DNA of 64,000 bases. It comes from Octopus sinensis (taxonomy: Eukaryota). The DNA is taken from the NCBI RefSeq assembly GCF_006345805.1, contig NC_042999.1, positions 63,302,001-63,366,000 of the forward strand. Direction: 5' to 3'. The notes below the pieces were generated by a model, which made no database searches, had not been told where the DNA came from, and worked only from the letters and a program-made list of their open reading frames with translations. This document shows, piece after piece, positions 1 to 13,900 of this stretch (positions within the stretch are counted from its first letter, which is position 1; each line of letters starts with the position of its first letter). The translations under genes and the position numbers were made by a program.

Positions 1-1500
1 TTAGAAATGAAAGATTCTGATGAAATGCAGTAAGTCCAATATAAAAATCATAGAAATATAAGTATAGCATGAAGCTAGTTGATATGATAATAATGATTGT
101 TGGTATACACATTATGAATATAGTTTTTACGCATTGTTATTTTTATCTGTCATCATGTCACAGTCAGGTAAGTTGAATACAGGTAGGTTAATTACATGTA
201 GGTGTTTTCATATATAATTACAAGATATTAATTCCTGAGCGTTGATTTTCTCTCTCAGAATTAAATTTGTGTTTCAGTTAGTCTCTGTCATTCAGCAGCT
301 GTACAACTATCATGAGTAAAAGCAGTCTGAGATTTGCTTTCATCTTATCCACTGATGTAATGAAGGTGGTGTTGGCCTGCTGATGTGCATGCTTTGTAGT
401 TTCATCATTCATCCTGACAAATATTTCTTTCGGACGAAAAAAAAATACTCAACGGGCTGTTTCTAAGTTCAAAGTATATTTATGATGTTACTGTTATTTA
501 TTTAAAACAAATGTTTTAAAACTAAAAAAGCACTCAGAGAGCACAAACCTCTGCCAAGCAGCTCATTTCCACCCATATAAACACATGCTGAAAATTGCCC
601 AATTTCCCAAACCAACGTCAGCAAAAACATAACCTCTTTGGCGGGGGGTAAAAAAAAAATAACCCTAACCTTACCAAACTAAACCTACCTACCTTGGGCA
701 AGTGCCTTCTACTACAGCCTTGGGCAGACCAAAGTCTTGTGAGAGGCTTGAAAACTTGCTTGAATAATCAAAAATTCAGATGACTGATGTTTGAACAACT
801 GAGGTTTGGTCGTATTAAGTCTTCTTTTTATTCATATACATTCATAAAACTTATACAATCATACCCTCAATTTACTCTTCTATAATATAAATTGGACACA
901 GGCAATCATTGTATTCTTTCTTGTCTTGAGGTTCACAGCCAAATGGCTGGGTAGATTTGTGTGAAAAATGGCACAAATGTGAAAATGGATGCATAGATTG
1001 GAATGTGGTTTGTATTTTTTTCCTAGCTCCCATAGTTACCGAGAAATTTGATTAAAACTTTTGTAAAGCAATTTCCCTGTTTATTCCGCTATTAAAACAA
1101 CCAGTTGCTCACACAGCAGGGGCATGCACACACACACTCACACATGTCCATTTCATATATCTTCTTTCAATTTGTGCTCTGCAAATAAAATTTTTTATGG
1201 ATACAACTGCTTACAAAGATAGGGATTAATTTATAATTTCTTTCTATGTTCATAATTAAATCAATGTTTTAATGATTAGACAGAAGTCCAATAGAATAGC
1301 TCTCAGAAACAGACTACGTACAAATTTGTTCTTCACAACTCCGGAAGCTGTTTTCTGACATGGTTGGGGGAGTCAGGAAATTTTCATTCATCAGGAGGCT
1401 CCAATCGAAACGGACCCGAAATGATGTTGAGAAACGCTGTTATAGATTATGCCTAACCGAAAACGATCACAGCCACATCATCCAGGCTTAGCTGCTAGTC

Positions 1501-1818
1501 TCTATATATAAACGGCAAAATGTCTGAGTCCTTTATACAAATCCACAATTTTTCAGTTAGAGGGCTTGCACTTTCTATGGTCATTCAAAAACCGTCCAAG
1601 GGTGGTTGTGCACATCTTTACATTTCCCCAGTCACCCTGCAAAGCCATTAAAAAATCAATAGAAGTGACTTTTTTGTGAATTTTCTATCCAAAACCCAAT
1701 CAAAATTTCCGAAACTTGATACGCCAATTGAATGCCAGCTAGCTGTATGTGCGCACGCACACAGCTGTATATGTATGCACTAGCACTATGACCCGGCAAC
1801 GCCGGGTCATAGTGCTAG
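1501..1818 (+). mobile_element. Non-autonomous Helitron, family A
   Basis: 5' TCTATATATAAA; 3' hairpin ending CTAG followed by T. A second copy lies on the minus strand at 59281-59570. Confidence 0.75.
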
Positions 1819-2289
1819 TTATATATAAAATGCATGCATACACACAGAATTAAGCATTTGGTAAAAGTGATGAGTGAATAACCCTACTGGATAGTTGGAC
1901 TCAGAAGTGTGATAGAGCGATGTGAAAGGGTGAAGATCATATAATAGAACACTACCGTATAATAATTTCTTAGTAAAGAACTTAAACTATTCAAATTATT
2001 ATTTTTCAGAACAGAGTCATGTTAACTGTGAAATATGGTTTCCAATTCATCCATGCTGTTTTGTTGTTTGAGAAAACATCCATTGATAGTGAATGAATAG
2101 CATTTGCTAGTCTTTCTTTATTTTTAGCAGGCATACACATATATACAAATATTATACACTCTTCAGGTGAGCACATAAAAAATAATAAAACTGAGGAAAA
2201 ACGTAGCATTATAAAAACTGTAGATGCTGAAAGAGCTTTCAATCTGTAGACAACAAATGAACGAACAATTCACAGTAATATAAATAATA

Positions 2290-2512
2290 ATAATGATAAT
2301 CCTTTCTACTATAGGCACAAGGCCTGAAATTTTGGGGGAGGGTGCTAGTTGATTACATCAACCTCAGTGTGTAACCTGTACTTATTTCATCAACCCCAAA
2401 AGGATGAAAGGCAGAGTCAACCTTGATAGAATTTGAACTCAGAACGTAAAGACAGACAGAATGCTGCTAAGCATTTTACCCAGATGGCTAACAATTCTGC
2501 AAGCTTGCCACC

Positions 2513-2520
<8 letters not shown>
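2290..2520 (-). mobile_element. SINE family 2, degenerate copy
   Basis: Clear similarity to 3101-3314; bounded by (TAA)n. Confidence 0.7.
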
Positions 2521-2547
<27 letters not shown>

Positions 2548-3100
2548 CCTTTCTGCTAGAAGCACAAGGCCTCATATTTGGGGGAAGGGATTAAGTCGAT
2601 TACATTAAAGCTGAGAACATTTTTTGCAACTTGCATTTCATGCCCCTGTGATCTTCAGGTAAAAGAGTGTCTATATGTCTTGACATCACATGATTGTTTT
2701 ACATGAGTGTCACTGTCATACAAGCTGTATCATTCATTTCCAATATTTTACAAAAAAATGTCTGGCCATGGGGGAAATGCTACCTTACTTTTGGTAACAG
2801 GAAGGGCATTCAGCCATAGAAAATTTGCATCAATAAATTCTATCCAACCCATGCAAACACAGGATAAGTGGATGTTAAATTGATGACAATGAAGCAAATG
2901 TATTGAACTCAACTTTAATTTTTATACTTCAGGACAGGATGAAAATAAATACCAGCTGCATATTGAGGTTTTGAGTATTACATTAACACACACACTTCAA
3001 CAATATATTTTAAAGTTAGAAAACATTAGTTTATCCTGCCAAGATCAACTCTGCCTTTCATCTTTCCAAGTGGTAAGGAGGAATAAAATGAAATACCTAT

Positions 3101-3314
3101 TTCTTTATTACCCACAAGGGGCTAAACAAGGACAGACATAGGTATTAAGTCGATTACATCGACCCCAGTGCGTAACTGGTACTTAATTTATCGACCCCGA
3201 AAGGATGAAAGGCAAAGTCGACCTCGGCGGAATTTAAACTCACAACGTAACACAGACGAAATACCGCTAAGCATTTCGCCCGGTGTGCTAACGTTTCTGC
3301 CAGCTCACCGCCTT
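3101..3314 (-). mobile_element. SINE family 2, well-preserved copy
   Basis: Minus head AAGGCGGTGAGCTGGCAGAAACG, B-box-like GAGTTTAAATTCCGCC, core GGGGTCGATAAATTAAGTACCAG. Other copies near 4000-4145, 25260-25460, 31960-32095, 35950-36140, 41140-41265, 50505-50630. Confidence 0.8.
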
Positions 3315-3496
3315 AGAAAATGAAATACCAGCTGCAATCTGGGGTTAACATTGAAGATACACACACTACTCCTTGAAAATGTGTTTTGAAATTAGAAAAC
3401 ATTATCCTATCAATATCAATTCAGCACTTCGTTCTTCCAGGAGGGTTGATCAATAAAACAGAGTACCAGCTAAGTACTTGAAATAATTCGACTATA

Positions 3497-3859
3497 GGCT
3501 GTGTGGTAAGTAGCTTGTTTACGAACCGCATGGTTCCGGGTTCAGTCCCACTGCGTGGCACCATGGGCAAGTGTCTTCTACTATAGCCTCGGGCCGACCA
3601 AAGCCTTGTGAGTGGATTTGGTAGACAGGAACTGAAAGAAGCCTGTCGTATATATGTATGTGTGTCTGTGTTTGCCCCACCAACATCGCTTGATAACTGA
3701 TGCTGGTGTGTTTATGTCCCTGTAACTTAGTGGTTCGGCAAAAGGGACCGATAGAATAAGTACTAGGCTTACAAAGAATAAGTCCTGGGGTCGATTTGCT
3801 CGACTAAAGGCGGTGCTCCAGTATGGCCACAGTCAAATGACTGAAACAAGTAAAAGAGT
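3497..3859 (+). mobile_element. SINE family 1 (tRNA-like head, central TA/TG microsatellite)
   Basis: GGCTGTGTGGTAAG (A-box-like) and GGTTCAGTCCC (B-box-like); tail GACTGAAACAAGTAAAAGAG. More than ten copies or half-copies in the window. Confidence 0.85.
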
Positions 3860-4390
3860 CTGCACTTCTCCACTAAATTTGCACCAATGCTAGCAAACAG
3901 CATTATTATATTATTAGAAGGCCAGTGAGGCAGTGAGCTGTCAGAAACATCAGTATACCAAGACAATATGCTCAGAAGTAATTCTCCCAGAATGTTTACA
4001 CTATGAGTTCAAATTCTGCTTCATACCCTTTTGAGGATGGCAAAATAAGTACCAGTCAAGTACTGGGGTCAATGTAATTAACCAGCCCACCCCTTCTCCT
4101 CCCCCAAAATTTCAGACTTCATGCTTATAGTAGAAAGAATCATTAGAAGAAAAGTGGATGGCAGAGTTGGATTGGTGGAATGCCACGTGGTCTTTAGTCA
4201 TGGCTCATGTCGACATAAATCACCAGTGGAAACAATAAAATAGATGTTGTTGAGATACTGGGGTAATTAAATTAATCACAACCCATCTCCTCACCAAAAT
4301 TTCTGTCCCTGGGTCTCAGCTGTAATTATTATAATATCTAGAGCATAAATAGTACTGTTCAGGGTAAATATCTTGCAGTACAAACATGGT

Positions 4391-4920
4391 GTCTGGGGAA
4401 CGTGAAGGCCAGTTGACATTGCCATGGTGGAAGATTATTCTCTCTCCAAAGCACAGCCATAGCAACTGCATTGTTTCTCTTGCAGTATGAACAGTTGCCC
4501 CATCTTCTTGGAACCATGTGTGAGGTCTAATTTGAATGGCTTTCATGTTTCCCAGACTTGACTAGCCTGGATTTTTTCTTGTGGGATACCCGAAAGAGAG
4601 AGTGTATGTCAACAAACTGGAGACCCTGGTACATCTGAAGGAGAACATCAATAGAGAAATCAGAGAAGTTGGGTCTGAAACTCTTGAGGGTGTTATGGTG
4701 CTGCACATTTTGGAAAAAGCACGGGCATGCCAAACCAAAAATGGCTGCCATTTTAGTGATGTCATTTTCCATATGTGATGTAGTGGTATTGCAAAATTTG
4801 ACGTGTGTATATTAATTTCCATTATGTCCGTTATATTGTATCAAAATTTCATGCATTTATTTGTAAAGTTAAGGAAGTTATTAGGAATTAAAACCCATCA
4901 GTGACTTTTGGGACACCCTA
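4391..4920. mobile_element. Tc1/mariner-superfamily transposon 3' remnant with internal inversion
   Basis: Minus 4391-4536 encodes WFQEDGATVHTARET...NWPSRSPD. Plus 4537-4778 encodes PDLTSLDFFLWGYPKERVY... Terminal GACTTTTGGGACACCCTA followed by TA. Confidence 0.85.
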
Positions 4921-6001
4921 TAGTTACATTCTTTTATATTCTGAGCTCAAATTCCACAAAGGTCTGTTTTGCAATTCATAATTCCAAGGTTGATAAATGT
5001 GACAGATTTTTTGGTGGTTTCAACGATGAACATTCAGTTGTTCAATCATTTAAACTGTATACTCATTATATTTACAAGTGGCAGAGTATTCCACAGACAC
5101 ATGCACCATTAACATGATTCTCAGGTCGAATGAAAGATATGTGATCACAACAGGACTGAACTCAAAACCTAATAATTGTGAAATGAACGTCTTAACTACT
5201 CAGTCATTTTTACATTCACTGATGAAAGAAAAGTAACAGTTAAATATTGATAAAGGTATTGAATACTTATCTTCAACATAGCCAAAATGCATTATGAAAA
5301 CTATCATCTTTAGAACCAGAAAATACTTCAGTCCCACAATTACTAAATCTTTAAAAAGCTGAGCTGATGCCCACAGTGGAATGCTACTCCTATATTTGGG
5401 ACAATACTGTTGCTATGCATACAGGTATCCTAGACTTTATCAAAAGGCACCTGATTAGCACATAACTGTTCAGCATTATACTCCAACTACTAACCTACGG
5501 TCATATTGTCTCCCTTTTCTGCCTTTTCTACAGCTTCTACAATAGCATCTTCATGGAGTTGGCTAGTCTCAAGCCATCTCCACTTCAGCACCTCCAGATT
5601 CACTCTTCTATCCTCCTCTAATTACCGATCTTTCAGGTCCTACACTAACAACAATGTTCAGTTTCTTCTCTTCTTCCTCTTTGGAATTCCATCTCTGCCC
5701 ATGACTTTCGTGCAATCTTCAAAAAGAACATCAACTACGTTGACCTCATCAGTTTCAAAACCCCATTTCTTCCAGACCAACCCATTAGTATTTAAGTTGA
5801 CCAGATCCAGCCTCTCACACATCCTACACTGTCATTCTAAAAAGAAACAATCAAAATCTCAAAGCTGCAAGATAATGCAGGATTAATTCAAAACAATGTG
5901 AATAAATAAGCATTGCATTAGATTGAGCAGTCTGAATGCTTGATAAATAAAGAAATCTTTTCATTATGATGATATTTTTTTAATGACTATAATGTAATGA
6001 G

Positions 6002-6262
6002 GTGGAGGCGTGTGGCTTAGTGGTTAGAGCGTTAGCATCATGATCGTAAGATTGTGGTTTCGATTCCCGGACTGGGCGACGCATTGTGTTCTTGAGCAAA
6101 ACACTTCATTTCACGTTGCTCCAGTCCGCTCAGCTGGCAAAAATGAGTAACGCTGCGATGGACTGGCGTCCCGTCCAGCTGGGGAACACATATGCCATTG
6201 AAACTGGGAAATTGGGCCCATGAGCCTGGTTAGGCTTTAAAAGGGCGCATTTATTATTATTA
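6002..6262 (+). mobile_element. SINE family 3, subtype a
   Basis: tRNA-like head GTGGAGGCG...TAGTGGTTAG...GGTTTCGATTCCC; segment GCGATGGACTGGCGTCCCGTCCAG; (TTA)n tail. Minus copy at about 47680-47925. Confidence 0.85.
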
Positions 6263-6523
6263 TAATGTAATAAATGATAGAATGAAGAGAGCACCAAACA
6301 ATATGCATTGCAGTATTTAGACAAATTATTTTCGATTCTGTAATCAAATCTCTCTATAAAGCTGGCTTTACATTTGGTCCTACCTCTATGGTGAATAAAA
6401 CAAGTGTCACACATGTACGGAAGTCAGTTGGCAAAAACAGCATATAAAATGTTTAGTTATGTCCCTTTAGAGGCTGAATAGAAATCTACTACCAATGATT
6501 GAATAAGTTCCATGTAAAATATT

Positions 6524-6823
6524 GTTGGTTGTTCCTTCTTGAGCCACGTGCGGATCATAGGGCCGGTTTCCTTGGCGTATAGGTTCCCCACCTGGACGGG
6601 ATGCCGGTCCATCACAGGTGAGCTGCAAAATGCAGGAGGAAAGAGAGTAGGAGAAAGTTGTGGCAAAAGAGTCAGCAGAAGTTCGCCATTACCTTCTGCC
6701 AGAGCCGCGTGGAGCTTACGTGTTTCACTCATAAACACACACACATCGCCTGGTCTGAGATTCAAACCCGTGATCCCTCGACTGCGAGTCCGCTGCTCTA
6801 ACCACTAGGCCATGTGCCTCCAC
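6524..6823 (-). mobile_element. SINE family 3, subtype b, with 13-bp TSD
   Basis: CATGTAAAATATT at 6511-6523 and 6823-6835 flanks the element. Confidence 0.85.
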
Positions 6824-7176
6824 ATGTAAAATATTAAGGTTAATTAAATTGATAATACCCTTTCATGAAAAGGTAAGTACTTAGTACTAAGTGTTGATAG
6901 TTGATAGAAACACTAGAACATGCTTCAAAGAATTGGTTTTATCTATTGTGATCAGATTTTGCTGGAGTTACTTTTCTCACTCCAGAGAGTCTCAATGCAA
7001 TATGTAATTGTGACCATACTGGAGTCAAGTGACTATACAAAATATTGACCTTCTACACCTGTACACATACAAAAAAAAAAAAGGAGAAAGAGTAGTATTT
7101 TTGCTGCTTGCACATACATTTGTATAGGTGCATATTGTACCATGGTTAGGTGCCAAGGTTGATAAAACAAATACTT

Positions 7177-7470
7177 GTTTGTTCCTTCTCGAGCCATGCC
7201 TGGCTCATAAGGGCCGGTTTCTTTGGTGTATAGGTTCCCCACCTGGACGGGACGCTGGTCAGTCGCAGGTGAGCTGCAAGATGCAGAAGGAAAGAATGAG
7301 AGAAAGTTGTGGTGAAAGAGTCAGCAGACGTTCGCCATAACCTTCTGCTGGAGTTGCGTGGAGCTTAGGTGTTTCACTCATAAACACACACATCGCTCAG
7401 TCTGAGATTCAAACCCATGATCCCTTGACTGCGAGTCCTCTGCTCTAACCACTAGGCCATGTGCCTCCAA
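7177..7470 (-). mobile_element. SINE family 3, subtype b
   Basis: Closely similar to 6524-6823; imperfect TSD AAAACAA(A/G)TACTT. Confidence 0.8.
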
Positions 7471-8088
7471 AAAACAAGTACTTAAATGATATCAATTCAG
7501 TTGACTATATTATTATTTTACAAATACTAAGTTACCTAGACTAGTAGTGAACAAGGTCAAATCTTTTGAATAATTTCAGTTTCAGATAGAAAAAATTATT
7601 TTACACTTCTAGGGGGGAAAAGCCTCAACACTTAATATTTAGTCCTTCCAAGAGCACCATATCTCTTTCAAAATCAGTTATCTCTATGTTGAATGCTGTA
7701 GAACAGTCTGTGATGTGCTTTTATTTTTCCTGAGAGTAGCCTCAAGACGGATAAACATCACAACTTCCTATTCTCTATCTCTTTAAAACTAACTTCAGAG
7801 TCGCATAGCAACAAATAATTACCAATGGATGGCTGTGAAAATGACAGTAGTCAAGAGCTGGTAGACATAAATTTGTTATTTAACTAAAATTTAGTCAAAA
7901 TTATTAATACCAGTAATAAATGATGGTCGTCCCATCAAGCAATTGAAAAACACTTTACGTCTATGATACATAGGATTAATATATGCTTAGTCAAAAGAAA
8001 TTCTTGTAGCTGTTGAAGTTTTCTTTAACATTCAAAGTAGGCGGGAAAATGAAAAATATGTATAACAAATTCCTCAATATCTCCAGCA

Positions 8089-8126
<38 letters not shown>

Positions 8127-8762
8127 GTATGTGTGTGCGCGCGTGTGTGTTTTCTTGCAATCTGTAAACCTTCAAACTTTCACGTCATAGCAAAAGCGGT
8201 CATACCAGTTTTTAGTGAGTGTATCAATACACGGCTTCTGTATGCGTGTATAACTTGCATTTATATATTTTTTCCCATTTTTTCATATGACCGTAGCAAT
8301 TTCAGTACGTGTGTTTGGTTTGTGTATATGTACACACATACACGCATCAATGTATGTGACAATTATGGGACGTACGTGTGTACATGCGTGCGAGTGAGTG
8401 TGCCTGTACATGCTATTGTTTTCTAATTGCTGTAAGGGTTTGCAAGAAAGAGAGTGGGGGAAAATTGTTTATTTTATGATAGCCACACAGGAAACAACCG
8501 TGCAGTTGAAGGACGGCTGTTTCTACAAGACCCAACAATCGACATTGAAAAATTCCGAACATACCAAAGTTTTCTAGAGGAAAAAAGAGCTGAAGGGAGG
8601 AGGAGTGAGAGAGATAATGTGGTTGGACCAAAGAAGTAGTGCTGGGGCAAAAATTTATTTTTAGAAACTCTAAATGGTACATATATACATGTGCGGTGAT
8701 CTGAATGTGATAAGTATATACACAAGTTCACACGCGCGCATGCATGTGTGTGTGAGTGTATG

Positions 8763-8796
<34 letters not shown>

Positions 8797-8797
8797 T

Positions 8798-8832
<35 letters not shown>

Positions 8833-9343
8833 GATAGAGAGAGATAGATAGATACATACATACATACATACATACACCCGCACGCTCATATATACATAAA
8901 AATATGAAATTTTTATTCACAGATTTAATATTCCGATTATAATTCATACACACACACACTAAATCTGAATTGATCTGGACTCTTCAAAGACACCCAATGA
9001 ACGATATATATGTTTCTATAAATTTATATGTCTGAAAGAATTCAAACCAGCTGTGGAAAAAATATTGCAAATTGCCTTGTCATCAATATTAAATAACACC
9101 ATTATTAACGTTAAATTTTCTTGGCTGTCTTTGAGTATAGCGTACCACTTTCACTTTCTCGCATTTTAGCTAAGTCTATTCAAAGTTCGCCGTACCTTGA
9201 TTTGCTAGACAAAAGTTTATAAAAGATGAATTAGAATGTTGTATCGTTTATTTATTTATTTATTTTTTGTAAGGACACTGATGAAGTAAACGATATGCCG
9301 ATTCGTAGAAAAAAAACCCACCGTAATTTATAATAAACATAGG

Positions 9344-9780
9344 CACAGGCGTGACATGTGGTAAGAAATTTGCTTCCCAACAAGATGGTTCCTAGTTCAA
9401 TCCCACTGCATGGAACCTTAAGCAAGTGTCTACTACGAAAACTCCAGGCTTTATGAGTGGATTTGTTAAACAGAAATTGAAGGAAGACTATCGTGTGTGG
9501 GGGTGGGGGGTGACTGACTGTCCCCCTCCACCGCTTGACAACCGGTGATGGTTTCTTTACGACCCGTAGCTTCGCGGTTTGGCAGCGGAGATAAAGAATA
9601 CGTTACACCAGCCGTTTTCGAAGTAACAAAAACCCTAACCCTAAACACTTAGTGTGCGTATTCTTTACTTTCGCCGGTTCGGCAATCAAGGGACAGATAA
9701 AATAAATATCAGACGTAAGGAAAAATGGTGATGTTCCAGTATGGCCGCAATCTAATGACTGAAACAAATAAAAGACAAAG
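9344..9780 (+). mobile_element. SINE family 1, diverged copy
   Basis: Recognisable head (GTGGTAAGAAATTTGCTTCCCAA) and tail (GACTGAAACAAATAAAAGA). Confidence 0.65.
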
Positions 9781-10851
9781 AGAAAAAGGCATTTCATCTT
9801 TCTTCGATGAAAAGGACCCAAGTCCTGTCCAAAAAGTGCCTCGCAGCAAATTAAATTTTCGTTTTTGAATAAGACAGTGGTGATATTTAAACGTTACCCC
9901 AAAAGTAAGCAATAACAAATTTTCTGAAATGGTTTGAAACTAAAATTTCAAAACTTTTTCTGAACTCCCATCTCGGTAACTCACGGCGTGCCAACACAAA
10001 ACACTTTTCCAGACTTAAAAGCCAGCAAGAGGCTCTTTATATAGTCATTCGACTGGCTAAAAACAGCAGCTGGAATATTTCTCAAATTATATCTACTGTC
10101 TTACAATAAGTAAGTTATATATAAATAAATAAAACAACACGTTGGATAATGTCGGGATGGTTAAGGTTAGAAATATCTATATTATTCTTCCTCAATCAGA
10201 GTTGACTTGGGGCTAATTAACAAGCCATTAAGGGAGCCTCTAAATAGCGTGTTCGACGTGCTAGAACAAGCAGCTAAATCTTCCTCAATCTTTCAAAAAG
10301 GATTACTAGAAACATAACTGAGTGTGATAGGGAAAGAGAAAGGACGGGTGGGTCACTGCTAAAATAGCTTTGATCAAGAGGTCTGTTTGATTCAGGATGA
10401 TCTGCAGCTCAACGAAAACACCTCATTATCCGAATCGAGGAGAGGGGCCTATTGATGGTCCGCTAGAAGACTAAACAGGGGCCAAACAATAACAACGATT
10501 ACGAAATTTGTCCCCCCCCCCAGTAAATCATAAAATCGTTCGGAACCAAACCGGTAAATTTTATTATTAGTTTATTTAGTTGTTTGTAGCTGTGTCTCGC
10601 CTAAATTCGAGTTCGTGTATATTTTTAAAGAATGCTATGGAAATGTGCCATTTAACGAAACAAAAGAAAAGAAAATATCAGTGGAAGTGGTGGTTAACGT
10701 ACGGGTACTTTTTAAATGAACTGAATGAAGAAAGAAATATGTCAAGAATTTCCACAATAACACAAAGTGGATCAAGATTTCAAACCTTAAATTATGTAGT
10801 CTCAACTGTACACATTAAAGACGTTTGTTTACACACACTATATATATATAC

Positions 10852-10906
<55 letters not shown>

Positions 10907-13900
10907 TAGGGGGTAGTGCAGAGGAAGATAGATTAAGACAGAATAATACATAAGCCTAAATAAACTGTATGAAAATAGAAGCTAAGTTTTTTTAATTCTC
11001 TCTTCTGTATTACATATGTGTATATCTATAACACACTTGAAATATGCTTCTTGTTACAAGTGTGTGCATATTGTGTTTAAGTGTGTGTGTGTGTGTGTGT
11101 AAATACTTGTAGTATAAACAAAGAAAATCCGCAGAAATTAACTTTCGAAATCTAAAAGTAGAGAAAATAATTATATCCTCTCTCTCTCTCTCTCTCTTTT
11201 TCTTTCTTTCTTGTTATGTGTGTGAACACATACGAAAAGAAAAAAGGCATACAGTAACTTCGAAATTTCGACTCAGCTGACTTCGTCAAAGAATCTGAAG
11301 CATATACAAACGGTGTATATTTACATAAGCCCATGAGTAGATGAGTTGTTCGATCAGCTGAATTGCATACTCATTGACCTGGCACATAAGAGGCTGAGTA
11401 TTTCAGACACGTGCACTCTTAGCACAAATTCTCAAATAAAATCAAAGCGACACTGTATAGCTGTAATTTTTTAAATTATAGGCCATCCAACAGGCTTCCT
11501 CACAGTTTCCCCAACAAAATTTCACTCACAGAGAGGTTTGGATAAAATACACCTCCTCGAGACGATAATCTTATATACAACAGTGATATCAAAGTTTTGC
11601 TGGCTCTGTTAAACTGTTTAACAAGCCGACCTAGCAGACTTCGAAGTTACTGTCGTATCTTGTTTTGATAAATAGTTAGGCATTTTAATAGGGTAGGTTT
11701 CTTTTTCAGGTTAATCTCCGATGTTTTCAACCTTAATATAAACACACACACACACGTGTATGTGTTTATGTGTGTGTTGTATGAACCAAGTACAGTCTGT
11801 TCTTACTAAGTTCCTAAAAACAAAAATAAGCTTTGAAAGTTTTACTCGGTAAGTTGAGAGAGAGAGAGAGAGAGAGAGAAAGGGGAAAGATAGTGAGACA
11901 CGTGCTTGACAGAAAACAGAAAGAAAGGGGAGAGGCACGTGCTGGACCTAAAGTATGGAAAGTAGGTAATAATTCTTTATGTGACTAAGGAATCTTACAA
12001 AGAGTAAAAAGGATCAAACTAAATACCCACTCCCCTTACCCATTAAATGCGGGACAATGAACCTTGCACAAGAAAATTATGATTGACAATGTCGTTCATA
12101 CACTGATCCCAAGATTAAATAAATATCAGCAATGGTTTTGATTTTTTTGTAACTTTTTTTTTCTGTTTAGACCCAGGTCAGCCCTGATCGAAAGATCTAA
12201 ACTGAGAAGCAAGCTAGCCATAATTTACGTCTTTTTAACGGCATCTATCAAAGATACAAGTATCTTATGTGTGCATTTTTATTTCAAAGATATAAATTGA
12301 AAGAGATTTAATTGTTATTTCTAATAAGTCGAGCGAACGTGTCAAAATTCTTAGATATACCACTTAGTGTTGTTCAGGTCAACTGCAGTCGAGCAGACCT
12401 ATGATCAAAAGCACTCCAGCTGTGACCATCTCAGTGTTTTTGATTATCTAGGACATTATCTAATGTGACCTTCACCTTTTTGGCATAACTACAGTTTGGT
12501 CTCCCACAACTTTGTTCCCTTTATTTTGGAAGAGTTTCGAGTCATTCTTCTCTACCACCACTCTGTAGTTATACTACCTTTTAAGAGAAAAGAGAGTTGA
12601 AGGAGGTTTGGCATCTATTTCTAGCAGATCGAGCGACCATCCAGGGGGTTCCTTGCTGTTTCGGGGTGGAGGTCAGTCGAAAATGTGTTTAATTCATTGA
12701 AGGGCTCCGTCTGAAACATTTCAAATTTCATTCGCTCAACACACACCACCATAGCTCAAACACACAAATATGAGTGCATGTATAATTAAATATATATATA
12801 TATGTGTGTGTGTGTACATATACACAGATGCACCCAGAGACTCATAACAACCACTAACATAAAAATGGGACGACGGGAGAGTTGAAAGGAACGGAAGAAA
12901 GATTTTTAAATATATGACAAAAAGAAGGCATAAGTGTGAGAGGGAGAAAGAATGAGAGAAAAGGGAATGCAAGGGATGTAAATCGATTCGAAAAAGTTAG
13001 CGACGACACAAAATGATGTTAGTATAGTCAGAGGAATCAGAGTAATGACAGGAATGCAAGAGCGGCAGCTTGGAGTGAGGCAGAATACAGAGAACGGGTC
13101 ATGGTAGTGGTGGTTGGCTCGGTAAGACACAGTTGATGGCGGTGGCGGAGGGTAAAGCCGTTATATAAAGATGTTGGCGAGTGGAAGCGGTCTTAGTTAA
13201 CAGACAAGGTGACGACGGTGGTGGTGGTGGAAGAACCGTATATCAGAAAACAGTGACGCGGGGGTGGGGGAATAATAAGTGGTGACAGAACAGACAGGAA
13301 GAAAAGATGGTTAAGTCTACCCGTAACTTTATTACTACTGCCACCTTGTTATTTTTACAGCAGTCAAGTTCCTTCCAAATCACACCCTGTCATCTAAACA
13401 AAAAAAAGGAGACATTGGATAATGTATTATATGTACTGTGATCGAAATGGTCACAGCTGGAATTCCTTTGATCGTAGATCTACTCGATTAGGACTAATCT
13501 TGGGCGAGACAACTTGTAAAAAGTTTATTTTCTCGTATTACAACCTCTTCCCAAATTAAAATAAAAGATACTGAATCGATAGAAAATGAAGTTTCCATGA
13601 TAAAAGTTTTAAAAAATGACAATACTTCATTGTATAGTCATGTAAAAGCAAGGTTTCCGTTTTATCACATAGAAACATACGACGATTTAAAATGTTTATA
13701 ATTAAAGTTTGTGTTATTAAAAACAAAATCGATATTAAGTATGTTTGTGTGAGGAGGACCCAGTGTTAGAAGGGAGGGTGGGGTGAAAACGAAACATAAC
13801 CACATGCAATAACAAGTTTGTGTGAGAGAAAAATACACAAATATGTGGCAACTAAACACGCGTGGTATATTTATTTAGAATTTTTCGCCCCCTTAGTTAT

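Noticed and set aside
659-690. Telomere-like TAACCC tracts (also 9630-9645)
   Set aside because: Only 1-2 degenerate units embedded in other repeats; too short to call an interstitial telomeric array.
5506-5886. 126-aa plus-strand ORF, or a minus-strand exon of VGLL4
   Set aside because: No start context, splice pair or Tondu motif; the minus frames contain several stops. Probably an old transposon remnant I cannot classify.
7945-7980. Tiny alternative VGLL4 first exon (ATG TAT CAT AGA C|GTAAAG, phase 1, minus)
   Set aside because: Only four codons and a weak donor; expected by chance.
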